Shown here one piece after another: positions 37,324 to 45,587 of a stretch of DNA of 64,000 nucleotides. Numbering within the stretch: the stretch's first letter is position 1; every line of letters begins with the position of its first letter. The notes beneath the pieces are model-generated. The model ran no database searches. It saw only the letters and a list, made by a program, of their open reading frames with translations, and was not told the DNA's origin. Location of the stretch: contig DATKPG010000007.1 of assembly GCA_035524255.1 (NCBI GenBank), positions 3,270 to 67,269 of the forward strand, in the 5' to 3' direction. The position numbers and the translations under genes are program-made. Origin of the DNA: Smithella sp. (lineage in GTDB: Bacteria > Desulfobacterota > Syntrophia > Syntrophales > Smithellaceae).

Positions 37324-37365
37324 AGAAGTCCGGCCGGGTCAGAAAGGCCCGGCCGGACTTCTTTA
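37324..37365 (+). terminator. Terminator after the minor-pilin operon
   Basis: 15-bp GC-rich stem AGAAGTCCGGCCGGG/CCCGGCCGGACTTCT (37324-37338/37348-37362) with a 9-nt loop, followed by a short TTT. Confidence 0.65.
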
Positions 37366-37578
37366 TGGCGTTTGAAAAACACACTTTACGGAGCGCTCAG
37401 GGATAATCTGTGAAAGCCCGTGCGCGACCCGAATCCATCAACTGCCTTGGTCGCCGCAATCCGCGAAAAACACGTAAAAATTAATTACTGTGAAACATTT
37501 GACTTTTTTGTTTATATGATATTTAAAATAATAAATCGGGCCTGAACAAGGCGATTTTTTTAAAAGGGGGATGGTGGC

Positions 37579-39078
37579 GTGAATATACTTGTCAAAAAAG
37601 GAGTGCTTGCCGATACAAAAAGCGAGGCCGTTATACTGACGTTGTTTGAAGACAGCAAGAAACTGACTGGGGCGGCGCTGGAAATTGATAAAAAAAGCGG
37701 CGGATTGATAAGCGATTTGATCGCCAGCCGCGATTTCGAGGGTAAGCCGTCTCAAATATCCGTCATTTATACGAGAGGAACGCTTCCCGCGAAAAGAATA
37801 GCATTGCTTGGCCTGGGAAAACAAAGTGAATTCAATCTGGAGAAGCTTCGCGCGGCCTTCGCGATGGTCTGCGGGTATCTGCGGGATATGAACATTCAGG
37901 AGGCGGCAACGTCCGTCAAATTGAATCTTGTCCCCGGGAAAAAAGATCAGGCTGCGCAGGCGGCGGCGGAAGGCGCTTTGCTTGGGCTCTACCAATATAC
38001 GCCGTATAAAACGGTTGATCGTGAAGATTTAAAAGACATGAAAGAATTAAATATCATTGCCGACGGGAAAGATTTTGCCCTGATTGAATCGCAGGTTAAA
38101 AAAGCGCGGATCATTGCCGATGCCGTTTGTTTCGCGCGCGATCTGGTTTCCGCTCCCGCCAACGAAATGACGCCGACGATGATGGCGCAAAAAGCGCGGG
38201 AACTTGCTAACAGAAAAAATGTGACCAGCACAATCCTGGATAAGAAAAAAATGAAAGAATTGGGGATGAACGCGCTGCTTGGCGTAGCGTCGGGGAGCTG
38301 TGAGGAACCGAAGTTTATTATTCTGGAATACGCGGGCGGCCCCAAAAACGCCGCGCCTATAGTGCTGGTGGGGAAAGGCCTGACTTTCGACAGCGGCGGA
38401 ATTTCCATCAAACCGGCCGATAAGATGGATGAAATGAAAACGGACATGTCCGGCGGGGCGGCGGTGATGGGAGCCATCATGGCGGCAGCCGACCTGAAGC
38501 TTCCCCTGAATATTACCGGACTTATTCCCGCCACGGAAAATCTGCCGGGCGGCTCCGCTTTAAAACCGGGGGATATCTTAAAATCGTATTCCGGAAAAAC
38601 CATTGAAGTGATTAATACGGACGCCGAGGGCCGCCTGATTCTGGCCGATGCCCTGGCGTACGCGTCCCGATACAAGCCGGAGGCGGTTATTGATCTGGCA
38701 ACCCTGACCGGGGCCTGCATTATCGCTCTGGGCGATGATGTCATCGGCATGCTGGGAACGGACGATAAACTCAAAAAAGAAATAGACAGGGCCGCCCAAA
38801 ATACGGGCGAGAGGGTGTGGGAACTGCCCCTGTGGGAGAGCTATCACGAACTCATCAAGAGCGATATTGCCGATTATAAAAACAGCGGCGGCCGGGCGGC
38901 AGGCACCATTACCGCCGCCGCGTTCTTAAGCAAATTTGTAGGAGATTATCCCTGGGTGCATCTGGATATCGCGGGACCTGCCTGGATTAACAAAGACAAG
39001 GCTTATATCCCCAAGGGGGCATCGGGCGTCGGTGTCCGGCTGCTTGTGGATTTCCTGCGCAATCGTGTCCGAAAATAG
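37579..39078 (+). CDS. pepA: Leucyl aminopeptidase (M17)
   Basis: 499 aa with signature 'NTDAEGRLILADAL', 'VGKGLTFDSGGISIKP' and 'MKTDMSGGAAV'. GTG start. Confidence 0.93.
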   Translation: MNILVKKGVLADTKSEAVILTLFEDSKKLTGAALEIDKKSGGLISDLIASRDFEGKPSQISVIYTRGTLPAKRIALLGLGKQSEFNLEKLRAAFAMVCGYLRDMNIQEAATSVKLNLVPGKKDQAAQAAAEGALLGLYQYTPYKTVDREDLKDMKELNIIADGKDFALIESQVKKARIIADAVCFARDLVSAPANEMTPTMMAQKARELANRKNVTSTILDKKKMKELGMNALLGVASGSCEEPKFIILEYAGGPKNAAPIVLVGKGLTFDSGGISIKPADKMDEMKTDMSGGAAVMGAIMAAADLKLPLNITGLIPATENLPGGSALKPGDILKSYSGKTIEVINTDAEGRLILADALAYASRYKPEAVIDLATLTGACIIALGDDVIGMLGTDDKLKKEIDRAAQNTGERVWELPLWESYHELIKSDIADYKNSGGRAAGTITAAAFLSKFVGDYPWVHLDIAGPAWINKDKAYIPKGASGVGVRLLVDFLRNRVRK

Positions 39079-39081
39079 AAT

Positions 39082-40083
39082 ATGCCGCCGCTTCTGGAAA
39101 TAAAAGATTTAATGACGGTATTTGATACCGTCCGGGGAAGAATCAGAGCCGTTGACGGAGTTTCGTTAAGTATCGATTGCGGCGAAACGCTGGGGATTGT
39201 CGGCGAATCCGGCTGCGGAAAAACCATGCTGGCCCTGTCGGTCATGCGTCTGATTCCCGCCAGCGGCAAAATCATCAACGGTGAAATTCTGTTTTCCGGC
39301 AGTGATCTGTTAAAAATATCAGAGGAACAAATGCGGGCGCGCCGCGGCAGTGAAATCTCCATGATCTTTCAGGAGCCGATGACCTCCCTGAATCCCGTTT
39401 TTCGCGTGGGCGACCAGGTAGCCGAAGCCATCCGGCTGCATCAAAATCTTCCGGCAAAACAGGCGCTGGATCTGAGCGTTTCGCTGCTTAGTGATGTGGG
39501 AATTACCGATCCGCAAAAACGGGCGCGGGATTATCCGCACAACTTAAGCGGCGGCATGCGGCAGCGGGTCATGATCGCCATGGCCATGTCCTGCAACCCC
39601 AGGCTGCTTCTGGCCGATGAGCCCACAACGGCGCTGGATGTGACCATTCAGGCGCAAATTCTGGATTTGATCTCCGCGCTCAAGCAGAAAAATAATATGG
39701 CGGTTATTCTCATCACGCATGATTTGGGCGTGGTGGCTCAGGCCGCCCAAAAAGTCGCCGTCATGTACGCGGGCAAAATCGTGGAGAGTTCGGAAGTGGA
39801 AGAAATATTTGCCCGTCCCCTGCATCCCTATACGCAGGGGCTCCTGGAATCGATACCGGCACGATGCGTGAAATCGCGGGAGCCGGAAGATCATCTGAAA
39901 ACGATTCCGGGTTCTGTTCCCAGTTTATATGATCTGGCGCCGGGATGCCGTTTTCGCGACAGATGCCCCTACGCGGAGGAAGTTTGTTCACGGATAGAGC
40001 CGCCGCTGATGGAAACGGGGGCCCGGCATCTGGTTGCCTGCTGGAGGTACAACTCCAAAAAAAATAAAGAGGTCTGTGAGTAG
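39082..40083 (+). CDS. Oligopeptide/dipeptide-type ABC transporter ATP-binding protein (OppD/DppD-like)
   Basis: 333 aa with Walker A 'GESGCGKT', signature 'LSGGMRQR' and Walker B '[12 protein letters not shown]', plus the Opp-type C-terminal extension containing Cys residues. Confidence 0.9.
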   Translation: MPPLLEIKDLMTVFDTVRGRIRAVDGVSLSIDCGETLGIVGESGCGKTMLALSVMRLIPASGKIINGEILFSGSDLLKISEEQMRARRGSEISMIFQEPMTSLNPVFRVGDQVAEAIRLHQNLPAKQALDLSVSLLSDVGITDPQKRARDYPHNLSGGMRQRVMIAMAMSCNPRLLLADEPTTALDVTIQAQILDLISALKQKNNMAVILITHDLGVVAQAAQKVAVMYAGKIVESSEVEEIFARPLHPYTQGLLESIPARCVKSREPEDHLKTIPGSVPSLYDLAPGCRFRDRCPYAEEVCSRIEPPLMETGARHLVACWRYNSKKNKEVCE

Positions 40084-40086
40084 ATC

Positions 40087-41055
40087 ATGCCCGATGTCCT
40101 TGTAGAAATCAGGGAGTTGAATAAAAAATTTTCTTTGAGTAGCGGTTTTTTTAATTCTGCAAAAAGAATTATTTACGCGGTTAACAATATTAACCTGCAG
40201 ATTTTTAAAGGCGAGACGCTGGGCTTGGTCGGCGAATCCGGCTGCGGCAAATCAACGCTCGCGCGTCTGATCACGAGGCTGGAGAAGCCTACCTCCGGCA
40301 TCGTGAATTTTAAAGGTGAAAACATTTACGCCTACGATAAAGAAGCGCTAAAATCTTACCGCCGCAATGTTCAGATCATTTTTCAGGATACGTATTCTTC
40401 GCTCAATCCCAGAAAGTCCGCGATAAGCACGATTAAAGAACCCCTGACGATTCATCATCTGGGCGATAAGGCAGGCCGCGCGGATAAGGCGCTTGAAATC
40501 ATGGCAAAAGTCGGCCTGAATAAAGAGCAGGCCAACCGTTATTCGCACGAGTTCAGCGGCGGGCAGCGCCAGCGTATCGGAATCGCGCGGGCGCTTGTTT
40601 TGAATCCGGAATTGATCATTGCCGATGAGCCGGTTTCGTCCCTTGACGTTTCCATCCAGGCGCAGATTCTGAATCTGCTCAAGGATTTAAAAAAAGATTT
40701 TCATTTAACCTATTTATTTATTTCGCATGATCTCAATGTTATCCGGTTTATCTCCGACCGCGTGGCCGTCATGTATCTGGGTAAAATTGTCGAGCTCGGC
40801 CCGAACCGCGATATCTATAACCGGCCGCTCCATCCCTATACCCGCATGCTGCTTTCGGCTGTGCCGTCCTGCGATCCGGGCCAAAAAGAAAGAATCGAAA
40901 AAATAAAAGGGGAGGCCGGATTTGAAAATGATCAGGGTTGTCCTTTTCAAAACCGCTGCCTTTATAAAATTGATATTTGCGCGAAAGTTGAACCGAAGCT
41001 GGAAAAATCGGATGAACACAACTTTTGCGCCTGTCACCGGGCGGGATCAATTTAG
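40087..41055 (+). CDS. Oligopeptide/dipeptide-type ABC transporter ATP-binding protein (OppF/DppF-like)
   Basis: 322 aa with 'GESGCGKST', 'FSGGQRQRIGIARAL' and 'LIIADEPVSSLD'. Confidence 0.9.
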   Translation: MPDVLVEIRELNKKFSLSSGFFNSAKRIIYAVNNINLQIFKGETLGLVGESGCGKSTLARLITRLEKPTSGIVNFKGENIYAYDKEALKSYRRNVQIIFQDTYSSLNPRKSAISTIKEPLTIHHLGDKAGRADKALEIMAKVGLNKEQANRYSHEFSGGQRQRIGIARALVLNPELIIADEPVSSLDVSIQAQILNLLKDLKKDFHLTYLFISHDLNVIRFISDRVAVMYLGKIVELGPNRDIYNRPLHPYTRMLLSAVPSCDPGQKERIEKIKGEAGFENDQGCPFQNRCLYKIDICAKVEPKLEKSDEHNFCACHRAGSI

Positions 41056-41066
41056 GGGAGATTGTC

Positions 41067-41690
41067 ATGCCGGAAGAAAGGATCAACATTCAAAACGGCC
41101 GTGAAATCATCGAAGGACTGTTAAGCTTGGCATCGGCGGAAAAAGGCGTTGTGATTTGCCATCCGCATTCCCTGATGGGCGGTTCCATGCATAATAATGT
41201 TGTTGAAGCCCTGCAGAGCGCTTTTGCCGCTGAAAAATTTTCGACTCTAAGATTCAACTTCCGGGGAGTGGGCGCAAGCACTGGCTTATACGATGAAGGA
41301 AGGGGCGAGAAAGAAGATATTCTTGCCGTTTGCGCCTATCTGAAAAACATCGGGCTGAAAGAATTGATTTTCGCGGGTTACTCATTTGGCGCCTGGGTCG
41401 GATCTAAAATTCTTCAGGAGAGCGATAATCCTTTTAGCTTTAACATCTGCGTTTCGCCTCCCGCCGATTATTTTAATTTTGAATGGGATCAGTTAAAAAA
41501 TAAAATTAACTTATTGATTTGCGGAGATCGCGACCAGTTTTGCGCACTGAATGTTTTGAGGACAGCCGCGAAAAAAATCAGCGCGCCCCTGGAAATAATA
41601 TCCGGCGCGGATCATTTTTATATGGGGAAAGAAAAAGAACTAATAAAAATTTTGCAAAAATATATAATTGACATACCAAGTAAAATGTAA
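41067..41690 (+). CDS. Alpha/beta-fold hydrolase (small, single domain)
   Basis: Nucleophile elbow 'GYSFGAW', 'CHPHSLMGGSMHNNV' and a late 'GADHFY'. I prefer ATG 41067 (RBS AGGGGAG at 41054-41060) over the listed 41025 start, which overlaps the upstream gene. Confidence 0.75.
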   Translation: MPEERINIQNGREIIEGLLSLASAEKGVVICHPHSLMGGSMHNNVVEALQSAFAAEKFSTLRFNFRGVGASTGLYDEGRGEKEDILAVCAYLKNIGLKELIFAGYSFGAWVGSKILQESDNPFSFNICVSPPADYFNFEWDQLKNKINLLICGDRDQFCALNVLRTAAKKISAPLEIISGADHFYMGKEKELIKILQKYIIDIPSKM

Positions 41691-41785
41691 TAGTTACAAT
41701 AAAACAATCATTTCAAAACAGCAATATTCATAAAAAGATAATGTTTATATAGTAATAATAATTATATATTTATTTTAAAAAAAGC

Positions 41786-41813
41786 TTGATTTTGATAAAA
41801 AAAGTGATATGAT
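41786..41813 (+). promoter_or_regulatory. Sigma-70 promoter (extended -10) for the cold-shock gene
   Basis: TTGATT (41786-41791), a 16-nt spacer, then TGaTATGAT (TG 41805-41806; -10 41808-41813). This predicts a ~200-nt leader, typical of csp genes. Confidence 0.5.
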
Positions 41814-41921
41814 TTGCCAGCAGGGTAACAAAACCGCAGATTTATTGTGTATTTCCACACATGAAAAGAGCGGTATTTATCAGGAAGTAGTTAGTGTTAA
41901 GTTTTATAAAAAAGAGAAATT

Positions 41922-41997
41922 AACCGCAAAGAAATATTCTATTTATGATAGAATTCGTGCGGTTTTTTTTGTTCCTTGATGACTATTATCATGGAAC
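41922..41997 (+). promoter_or_regulatory. Structured csp leader: terminator-like two-tier hairpin + T8, then a second hairpin just before the RBS
   Basis: AACCGCA (41922-41928) pairs with TGCGGTT (41958-41964). Inner stem ATTCTAT/ATAGAAT (41936-42/41948-54). T8 at 41963-41970. Second hairpin GTTCC..GGAAC at 41971-41997. Confidence 0.4.
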
Positions 41998-42026
41998 AAA
42001 ATACATTTTAAAGGAGGGTTTTAGCT

Positions 42027-42227
42027 TTGGCAGAAGGAAAAGTGAAGTGGTTCAATGAGAAGAAGGGGTTTGGTTTTATCGAAAACGATGAGGGTGGAGA
42101 TGTGTTTGTACATTATAGTGCTATTGCCGGAACAGGATTCAAGACACTTTATGAGGGTCAGAAGATCCGTTTCGATATTGAACAGGGAAATAAGGGGCCC
42201 AGCGCAACAAATGTTCAGCCGCTATAA
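42027..42227 (+). CDS. cspA: Cold-shock protein (CspA family, CSD)
   Basis: 66 aa '[32 protein letters not shown]' with RNP1/RNP2 motifs. TTG start with AAGGAGGG 8 nt upstream. Confidence 0.93.
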   Translation: MAEGKVKWFNEKKGFGFIENDEGGDVFVHYSAIAGTGFKTLYEGQKIRFDIEQGNKGPSATNVQPL

Positions 42228-42258
42228 TAATCTCGATTAATCAAGAATTCTTCAACTA

Positions 42259-42291
42259 AAAATGCCTCGTTAAACCGGGGCATTTTTATTT
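42259..42291 (+). terminator. Rho-independent terminator after csp
   Basis: Stem AATGCCTCG/CGGGGCATT (42261-69/42276-84) with a 6-nt loop, followed by TTTTATTT. Confidence 0.75.
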
Positions 42292-42375
42292 CTACTCTTT
42301 TTAAACATTTCTTACAGCATCCGATGGCGCGTCTCGCGTCTTTACATTCAAGGACAAATCATCTAATAGAAGAAC

Positions 42376-43287
42376 ATGACCAATAAACTCATTGTAATTC
42401 TGGGGCCGACGGCATCCGGTAAAACGCAACTGGCGGCGCGGCTTGCCCATGACCTGCAAGGCGAAATAATTTCCGCCGATTCCCGCCAGGTTTATAAAAA
42501 TATGGATATCGGCACCGGCAAAGACCTGAATCAATATATTATCGAAGGCCGGCAGATTCCTTATCATCTGATCGATGTGGCGGGGCCGGAAGATGAATTT
42601 AACCTGTTTGAATTTCAAAGCAGATTTTACAAAATATTCAGCGATCTTACAAAGAGGAAAATTCTGCCCATTCTGGCCGGGGGGACAGGCCTTTATCTGG
42701 AATCCGTGCTCAGAGGGTATGAACTGCCCCACGCTCCGCTTGATGATGCATTCAGGGAAAATCTGCGCCGAAAATCAAAAGCTGAACTGCAAAAAATACT
42801 TCTTGATTTAAAACCGCGTCTGCATAACAGGACCGACCTCGAAGATTCCGAGCGACTCATCCGGGCCATAGAAATCGAACAGGCGAGGACTTCAAAAAAC
42901 AGGGCAGCGCGCGAAAATCCCCCCATCGACGCTCATGTGTTCGGCATCCGCTGTGAAAGATCGGTGCTAAGGCAGCGCATCGCGGCGCGGCTTTCGGAGA
43001 GGCTGCAAAACAAGATGGTGGAGGAGGTTGTTAGTCTGCATGCCGCGGGAGTTGGTTACGAAAGACTGGAGAGCTTCGGGCTGGAATACCGGTTTATCGC
43101 CCGATATCTGCAGGGGAAAATTACCTTCGATGAAATGAAAAACAGATTATATACCGCCATCTGCCAGTTTGCCAAAAGACAGGAAACGTGGTTTAGGCGC
43201 ATGGAGAGAAACGGGATAGAAATTCACTGGCTGGGGATCGATGACTATCCCATCCTGAAAGAGAGCGTGATAAATTTTCTGCGATGA
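42376..43287 (+). CDS. miaA: tRNA dimethylallyltransferase
   Basis: 303 aa with 'LIVILGPTASGKTQLA', 'IISADSRQVYKNMDIGTGK' and 'PILAGGTGLY'. Confidence 0.93.
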   Translation: MTNKLIVILGPTASGKTQLAARLAHDLQGEIISADSRQVYKNMDIGTGKDLNQYIIEGRQIPYHLIDVAGPEDEFNLFEFQSRFYKIFSDLTKRKILPILAGGTGLYLESVLRGYELPHAPLDDAFRENLRRKSKAELQKILLDLKPRLHNRTDLEDSERLIRAIEIEQARTSKNRAARENPPIDAHVFGIRCERSVLRQRIAARLSERLQNKMVEEVVSLHAAGVGYERLESFGLEYRFIARYLQGKITFDEMKNRLYTAICQFAKRQETWFRRMERNGIEIHWLGIDDYPILKESVINFLR

Positions 43288-44648
43288 AAAGAGATTCTTT
43301 AATTGACACGTATCTGCAAAATTATTCCGCCGGGGAAAAATGGAAATTAACCGCCAATGACACGGAGAATATTTCTCAGGTGGTTGTCATCCCGGCTTAC
43401 GCGGAAAAAGAAATGCTTTTTCACACCCTGGCATCTTTAGCGCAGAATCCGCCCGCGTCTCTGGAATATTCGTTGATCCTGTGCGTCATTAACAATAAGG
43501 ATGATTCCCCTCGCGAGGCAAAAGATAATAACCTGCAGACCCTTGAATATCTTGACGCGCTGGTGAGAAAAACTTCCTTAAAAAAATTCAGTGCCGATAA
43601 GGAATTGCATCCGCTGTTGACCGGCGTGTCCGGCGCGGGGATGAAACTCGGCTACATCGATGCCGCATCCGTTGGATGTGAAATGCCGCGAAATACAGCA
43701 GGCGTAGGTATGGCGCGAAAAATCGGCATGGATATGGCTTTGCGCCTATTGCGAAACAGTTCCGCTTCGCACCCTCTGATTTTGAGTCTTGACGCCGATA
43801 CGCTGGTCCAAAATAATTATCTTGCCGCGGTAAAAAACTATTTTAAGCGGGGCGTCAAAACCGCGATTGTGGCTTATGAACACCAGATGCCTTCGGATGA
43901 AGCTCAACGGGCCGCGATCTGCTGTTATGAAATTTTTCTGCGTTACTGGGTGCTGGGACTGACATACGCGAAATCCCCCTGGGCGTTTCATTCCATAGGT
44001 TCAACTATTATTACATCAACCGAAGCGTATCTTGATGTAAGAGGTATGAACAGGCGCGCGGCGGGCGAAGATTTTTATTTTTTAAGCAAACTCGCCAAGA
44101 CCGGTAAAATTCATTATATCAGGGATACCTGCGTTTATCCGTCGGCGCGATCTTCGAGCCGTGTTGCCTTCGGGACGGGAAAAAGGATACAAAGATTTCT
44201 CGCGGGCCATTCGGCCGGCCGTCACAGGGAAGAATATTGCCTGTACGATCCGCGGATATTTGAAGTACTGGCCGGTTGGCTGCAACTTATGAAAAGTCCG
44301 TTTATCCGCTCTGAGGATGAAATTTTAACAAAAGCCAGGCGAATCCATCCCCGGTTGAGGACTTTTTTGGAAGATTGCGGCTTTCCCGCCATCTGGACAA
44401 AAATATGCCGCAATGTAAAAGACGAAAAAACCCTCGCGCGGCAGTATCATGACTGGTTTGACGGTTTTAAAACCTTAAAATTGATTAATTATTTTACGGC
44501 CGAAGTTTATCCCCAGATTAATATGTTCGAAGCTCTGGGGCGGATTCTTTCCATGTCGGGGAAGCCTATGAAATTCAATGCGGATGGGGAAATTCCTACG
44601 CTTTCCGAACAATTCAAAATTCTTCAATATTTACGCGAGATAACATAA
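43284..44648 (+). CDS. Soluble GT-A-like glycosyltransferase of unknown specificity
   Basis: 454 aa with 'VVVIPAYAEKEMLFHTLASL', 'LSLDADTLV' (DxD) and 'AGEDFYFLSKL'. No TM segments. The start overlaps the miaA stop (ATGA). Confidence 0.55.
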   Translation: MKRDSLIDTYLQNYSAGEKWKLTANDTENISQVVVIPAYAEKEMLFHTLASLAQNPPASLEYSLILCVINNKDDSPREAKDNNLQTLEYLDALVRKTSLKKFSADKELHPLLTGVSGAGMKLGYIDAASVGCEMPRNTAGVGMARKIGMDMALRLLRNSSASHPLILSLDADTLVQNNYLAAVKNYFKRGVKTAIVAYEHQMPSDEAQRAAICCYEIFLRYWVLGLTYAKSPWAFHSIGSTIITSTEAYLDVRGMNRRAAGEDFYFLSKLAKTGKIHYIRDTCVYPSARSSSRVAFGTGKRIQRFLAGHSAGRHREEYCLYDPRIFEVLAGWLQLMKSPFIRSEDEILTKARRIHPRLRTFLEDCGFPAIWTKICRNVKDEKTLARQYHDWFDGFKTLKLINYFTAEVYPQINMFEALGRILSMSGKPMKFNADGEIPTLSEQFKILQYLREIT

Positions 44649-44773
44649 CGGGTTGGGGCGCTTTTTCAACATCCCCCGTTGAAACAATATTCCTTGACGT
44701 AGAGAGTGCTTTTACATATACATATAACCCACAAAACAGACAAAAAAATAAAAATATTTTCGGGAGAATATTC

Positions 44774-45535
44774 ATGAAAAATCAAATTAGTAAAATCTGT
44801 ATGGCTGTTTTTGTTTTATTGGTTTTTGCGCTGGTTTCAGGCTGCTCGAATAACGATAAAAACAAACAGGCATCTTCCGCGCCGGCAATTGGCGCGAACC
44901 AGACCCAGCTTCCGGCTTCCAACGTTACGCCCGCGGTTAACGCGCCGCAGGTTGATATGAGCAATCTTGTTGTCAGTGTTGATGGAAAAGTATTGACAAA
45001 ATCGGAACTGGAAAAAAACATTAACGCGAGAATGGAAATGTTCAAAGATAAAATACCGGCCGATAAACAAAAAGAAGCCCGGGAAACCGTGAAGAAGCAG
45101 TTGACGGACGCGTTTGTCGCGCGCACCCTCCTGACGGATGAATTCGCGAGAAGAAAAATTGAGGTAAGCCCCCAGGAAATTAAGGCAGCCACGGATCAAA
45201 TAGCGGCCCAAATGCCCCCGGGTAAAAAATTAGAGGATTTCTTAAAAGAAAATAAAGTGTCTCAGGATGATATTGTATTTGAAGCTAAAGTACAAAAGTT
45301 CGTGAAAACGGAAATCGGTGAAAAAGCAAAGCCGACTCAAAAAGAAATAAAAGAATTTTATAAAACAAATCGTGAAAAATTGTTCACAGACCCGAAAAGC
45401 GGAAAAGTAATGACTTTCGATGAAGCTAAAGCCAGAATATCCGCTTATTTGCAGCAGCAAAAAACTCTGCAAGCCTTCAAGACTATTTTGATAAATTTGC
45501 AGCAAAAAGCAAAAATAATAGTCAATAATAAATAA
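44774..45535 (+). CDS. SurA-N/PpiD-like periplasmic chaperone lipoprotein
   Basis: 253 aa with lipobox 'LVSGC|SNN'. 'VSVDGKVLTKSELEKNI...' and a Lys/Glu-rich helical body resemble SurA N-terminal domain proteins. No parvulin motif was recognised. Confidence 0.6.
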   Translation: MKNQISKICMAVFVLLVFALVSGCSNNDKNKQASSAPAIGANQTQLPASNVTPAVNAPQVDMSNLVVSVDGKVLTKSELEKNINARMEMFKDKIPADKQKEARETVKKQLTDAFVARTLLTDEFARRKIEVSPQEIKAATDQIAAQMPPGKKLEDFLKENKVSQDDIVFEAKVQKFVKTEIGEKAKPTQKEIKEFYKTNREKLFTDPKSGKVMTFDEAKARISAYLQQQKTLQAFKTILINLQQKAKIIVNNK

Positions 45536-45587
45536 AAACGGTTAATTTTTGTTATCTAAAAACAAAAGCTCTCCATGGGTATAAAAG

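Noticed and set aside
37989-38774. 261-aa minus-strand ORF
   Set aside because: It is antisense to pepA, which has unambiguous M17 signatures. The ORF is Ser/Ala/Pro-rich shadow sequence.
41025-41066. Listed upstream starts that create overlaps (41025 hydrolase, 48551 oxidoreductase, 54921 lysC, 56101 comEA, 63137 lipoprotein)
   Set aside because: In each case an internal ATG with a better Shine-Dalgarno and a sensible N-terminus (signal peptide or conserved motif) exists. The extended versions overlap the preceding gene or add non-protein-like residues.
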